Below, piece by piece: positions 33,601 through 36,995 of a stretch of 36,995 nt of DNA (positions within the stretch are counted from its first letter, which is position 1; each line of letters begins with the position of its first letter). The notes beneath the pieces were generated by a model. The model was not told the DNA's origin. It ran no database searches and saw only the letters and a program-made list of their open reading frames with translations. The position numbers were made by a program, and so were the translations under genes. Source of the DNA: Octopus bimaculoides (Eukaryota). The DNA is taken from positions 21,746,114-21,783,108 of the forward strand of contig NC_068986.1 in the NCBI RefSeq assembly GCF_001194135.2. The letters are read 5' to 3'.

Positions 33601-33666
33601 AAATATGGGTTGGATATAAATACCACTTACCAAAAAATATGGGTTGGATAAATACCACTAGCCAAA
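33601..33666. repeat. Tandem duplication, ~33-bp unit x2
   Basis: aaatatgggttggata(ta)aataccact-t/a-..ccaaa repeated. Confidence 0.85.
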
Positions 33667-34159
33667 AAATCTTTGATTGAATAATAGATGAAACTGAGTG
33701 TTTTCCCTCAAGATTTTCACACTGTACTGAAAACTGAGACAACTGTGTTACCAATATACATCAAGATAGTAGGTGTAATATTTGAAAGACACTCCAGTCT
33801 TGATTGCTAACTAAAGATAGCTCAGAAGAATACAGGTGTTGCAGAAATATGATGGATTATCCTTCTGGTCCTAAAAAAAGGACCATGGGTGCTAATGAGT
33901 TAAAGAAGGTAGTGATGGCATGCTAGGGCAAACTCCCAAGGTACAAGAGAGGATTCAGACAGTGGGCCATGGCAAGAGAGGGGAGAGCGGATAGTTTCAC
34001 AAGAGTATGAGGAGGGAGTAACAGATGGTTAAAGGTAGGGGTTACAGGTGAAAGTAGAGAGGGTGCAAGCAACAGATGCCCAAGGGATTTACAGTGGACC
34101 CTACAACAAATTTCGTGATAGATTGGAGGATTGACAGATCTTTTATCTTTTGTCTTTGC

Positions 34160-34515
34160 CTTGTTTCAGTCATTGGACTCTGGCTATGATGGAGCACCAC
34201 TTTGAAGGGTTTTAGTCAAACAAGTCAATCCCAGTACTTAAAGATTTTTTTCCCTTTTTGTTTTAAAGTCTGGTCCTTTTCACAAAACTGCTAAGTTACA
34301 GGGATGTTAACAAACCAACATAGGTTGTCAAGTGGTGATGGGACAGATACAAACATCACACACATACACACACACATTCAACAGGCTTCTTTCAGTTTCT
34401 GTCAGCCAAATCCACTCAAGGCTATATTCAAAGACACTTGCCCTAGGTGCCACACAGTGGGACTGAACCCAGAACCACACGGTTGAGAAGCAAACTTTTT
34501 AACACACAGCCATGC
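34160..34515 (-). mobile_element. SINE family B, diverged
   Basis: gtttcagtcattggact...gacacttgccc..ggtgccacacagtgggactgaaccc. Confidence 0.75.
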
Positions 34516-35158
34516 TTGAGCAAAACTTTACAATGAAATGGTTAGTAGTAGAGGCACCAATAAAACGAAGTCTATGAAATGCTCAGCTGATCCATTGGTT
34601 CCATCCCTCACCTTGTTTTTAACAATAGATTTTGACCTCGGGGTCAAAGGTCAATGTTTATATATTTAAAAACTGAGTCTGAAGCAATTGTTTTGCAAAA
34701 GCAGATCATGAACCAATTTAATGTCAATCTACACAAATTTGGAAGAACCTACAAAGGGCATGATTACATTACCCCCACCCCCACCTCCTCCACCTCCACA
34801 GCCTCCACCTCCACAGCCTCCACCTCCTCCACCTCCACAGCCTCCACAGCCTCCACGTCCTCCTCATTTTCCATCATCAACAAAATTTAATTGAAATGAG
34901 ATGAGTTACACAAATCATGGAACTGTTACTGCCGCTACTGCCGCTGCTGCTGCTGCTGCTGATGATGATGATAATGATGATGATGATGGTGATGATGATG
35001 ATGACAACAATGATGATGATGGTGATGAGGAAGATGGCATTGGTGGCAGTGATGATGAAGGTAGTGATGCAAGTAATGACGATGATGATGAGTGGAGCTT
35101 CTAGTAGTGGTGGTGGTGGTGGTGGTGGTGGTGATGATGATGATGATGATGAGGAGGA

Positions 35159-35833
35159 NNNNNNNNNNNNNNNNNNNNNNNNNNNNNNNNNNNNNNNNNN
35201 NNNNNNNNNNNNNNNNNNNNNNNNNNNNNNNNNNNNNNNNNNNNNNNNNNNNNNNNNNNNNNNNNNNNNNNNNNNNNNNNNNNNNNNNNNNNNNNNNNNN
35301 NNNNNNNNNNNNNNNNNNNNNNNNNNNNNNNNNNNNNNNNNNNNNNNNNNNNNNNNNNNNNNNNNNNNNNNNNNNNNNNNNNNNNNNNNNNNNNNNNNNN
35401 NNNNNNNNNNNNNNNNNNNNNNNNNNNNNNNNNNNNNNNNNNNNNNNNNNNNNNNNNNNNNNNNNNNNNNNNNNNNNNNNNNNNNNNNNNNNNNNNNNNN
35501 NNNNNNNNNNNNNNNNNNNNNNNNNNNNNNNNNNNNNNNNNNNNNNNNNNNNNNNNNNNNNNNNNNNNNNNNNNNNNNNNNNNNNNNNNNNNNNNNNNNN
35601 NNNNNNNNNNNNNNNNNNNNNNNNNNNNNNNNNNNNNNNNNNNNNNNNNNNNNNNNNNNNNNNNNNNNNNNNNNNNNNNNNNNNNNNNNNNNNNNNNNNN
35701 NNNNNNNNNNNNNNNNNNNNNNNNNNNNNNNNNNNNNNNNNNNNNNNNNNNNNNNNNNNNNNNNNNNNNNNNNNNNNNNNNNNNNNNNNNNNNNNNNNNN
35801 NNNNNNNNNNNNNNNNNNNNNNNNNNNNNNNNN
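35159..35833. other. Assembly gap
   Basis: N run. Confidence 1.
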
Positions 35834-36274
35834 GGGGGGGACAAACACAGACACACAAACACATATATATACATATACATATATACGACGGGCTTCTTTT
35901 AGTTTCCGTCTACCAAATCCACTGACAAGGCTTCGGTCGGCCTGAGGCTATAGTAGACCAAACTTTCTGGGTTTAATTTTTTTTTTTTAAATTGTAGACT
36001 TAATCCCTCATTTGGCTTAACTCTGCTACTGGTTGTATGGTCTGCCCTTAGCAACAGAGTATACTCTACTGCAAGCATTTGTCCTGGGTTTCTGATCTGA
36101 GAATGTCTTCTCTTCTTCTCTTCCTCTCTTCCACCACTCTCTTCCAGTGGCACATTTATTCTGTCTAAGAATTATGTTAAAAGGAGAAAGGTCTGTGGTA
36201 AACACAGCCACATACATAGAAATAGATGGGAATATTCTCTGGTGAAATCATTGGAGGATTCATTTATATAACAT

Positions 36275-36600
36275 CATCATCATCATCATCATCATCGTTT
36301 AACATCCGTTTTCCATGCTAACATGGGTTGAATGGTTCGACTGGGGTCTGGGAAGCCAGGAGGCTGCACCAGGCTCCAGTCTGATCAGGCAGTGTTTCTA
36401 CAGCTGGATGCCCTTCCTAACACCAACCACTCCGTGAGTTTAGTGGGTGCTTTTTACATGCCACCAGCATGGACCAGAGGAGGCTAGCAACGACCACAAT
36501 TGGTTGGTGCTTTTTATGTGCCACCGGCACGGAAGCCAGTCAAGGTGGCACTGTCATTGACCACATTTGGATGGCGCTTTTTACGTGCCACCAGCACGGG
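36275..36600 (-). mobile_element. Family C repeat with tandemly repeated ttttacgtgccacc segment
   Basis: (CAT)n tail then reverse complement of 28820-29019 core. Confidence 0.75.
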
Positions 36601-36735
36601 GATCACAACTACACTTTCCATTTAATTTTGATTTTGATGTACTTGACTCAATAGGTCTCCACAAGCACAATGGTGATATTTTTAATGTTTTTCCTACAAT
36701 GCTCAGAGCACTAAACAACTGTTATCATGTGGACA

Positions 36736-36759
36736 TACATACATACATACATACATACA

Positions 36760-36813
<54 letters not shown>

Positions 36814-36847
36814 CGTCTTTGTGTATGTATATATATATATATATTTA
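36736..36847. repeat. (CATA)n-(GT)n-(TA)n microsatellite
   Basis: Visible directly; other (TA)n tracts at ~1437, 2071, 4343, 15092, 20880. Confidence 0.95.
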
Positions 36848-36995
36848 TACCGGAGTAAGCACATGAAATGTGCAACAAGGTGGAAAAAAGAGTACTCAAA
36901 TACCAGAGGTAGAGTAATATGCTTTATTTAAAACTCAGAGCAACAGTTTTTTTGTTATATTTCTGCTGTTTTTAAATAAAGTATATATATATATA

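Noticed and set aside
1-36995. CRISPR arrays, rRNA, bona fide tRNA genes, prokaryotic systems
   Set aside because: No regularly spaced repeat-spacer array or rRNA-like sequence; tRNA-like boxes are SINE heads without a cloverleaf.

Overview
AT-rich, repeat-dense eukaryotic genomic DNA with four assembly gaps. The SINE/microsatellite landscape resembles an Octopus (cephalopod) draft genome; this is an inference. One complete protein-coding gene is reconstructable on the minus strand: a 5-coding-exon, 457-aa SLC46-family MFS transporter (PCFT/SLC46A1- or SLC46A3-like), CDS join(32999-32192, 29936-29694, 27926-27843, 24742-24586, 22906-22825). All introns are GT-AG with consistent phases, and the C-terminal tail carries GYKNL (YxxPhi). 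The rest is tRNA-derived SINEs (about five families), MITEs with recognisable TIR/TSD signatures (hAT, piggyBac, Merlin/MULE-like), a Helentron-type HINE, decayed R4/Dong-type LINE and Tc1/mariner fragments, many fold-back elements and microsatellites. The most unusual pattern is three different terminal-inverted-repeat elements within 6 kb (5.6-11.4 kb) that each carry TTAGGG repeats internally, two in outward-facing (CCCTAA)n...(TTAGGG)n mini-chromosome orientation; one sits in a three-layer nested insertion with readable 8- and 9-bp TSDs. Most ORFs in the supplied track are spurious (repeat, microsatellite or N-gap derived). Coordinates of degenerate repeats are approximate; no searches were run.
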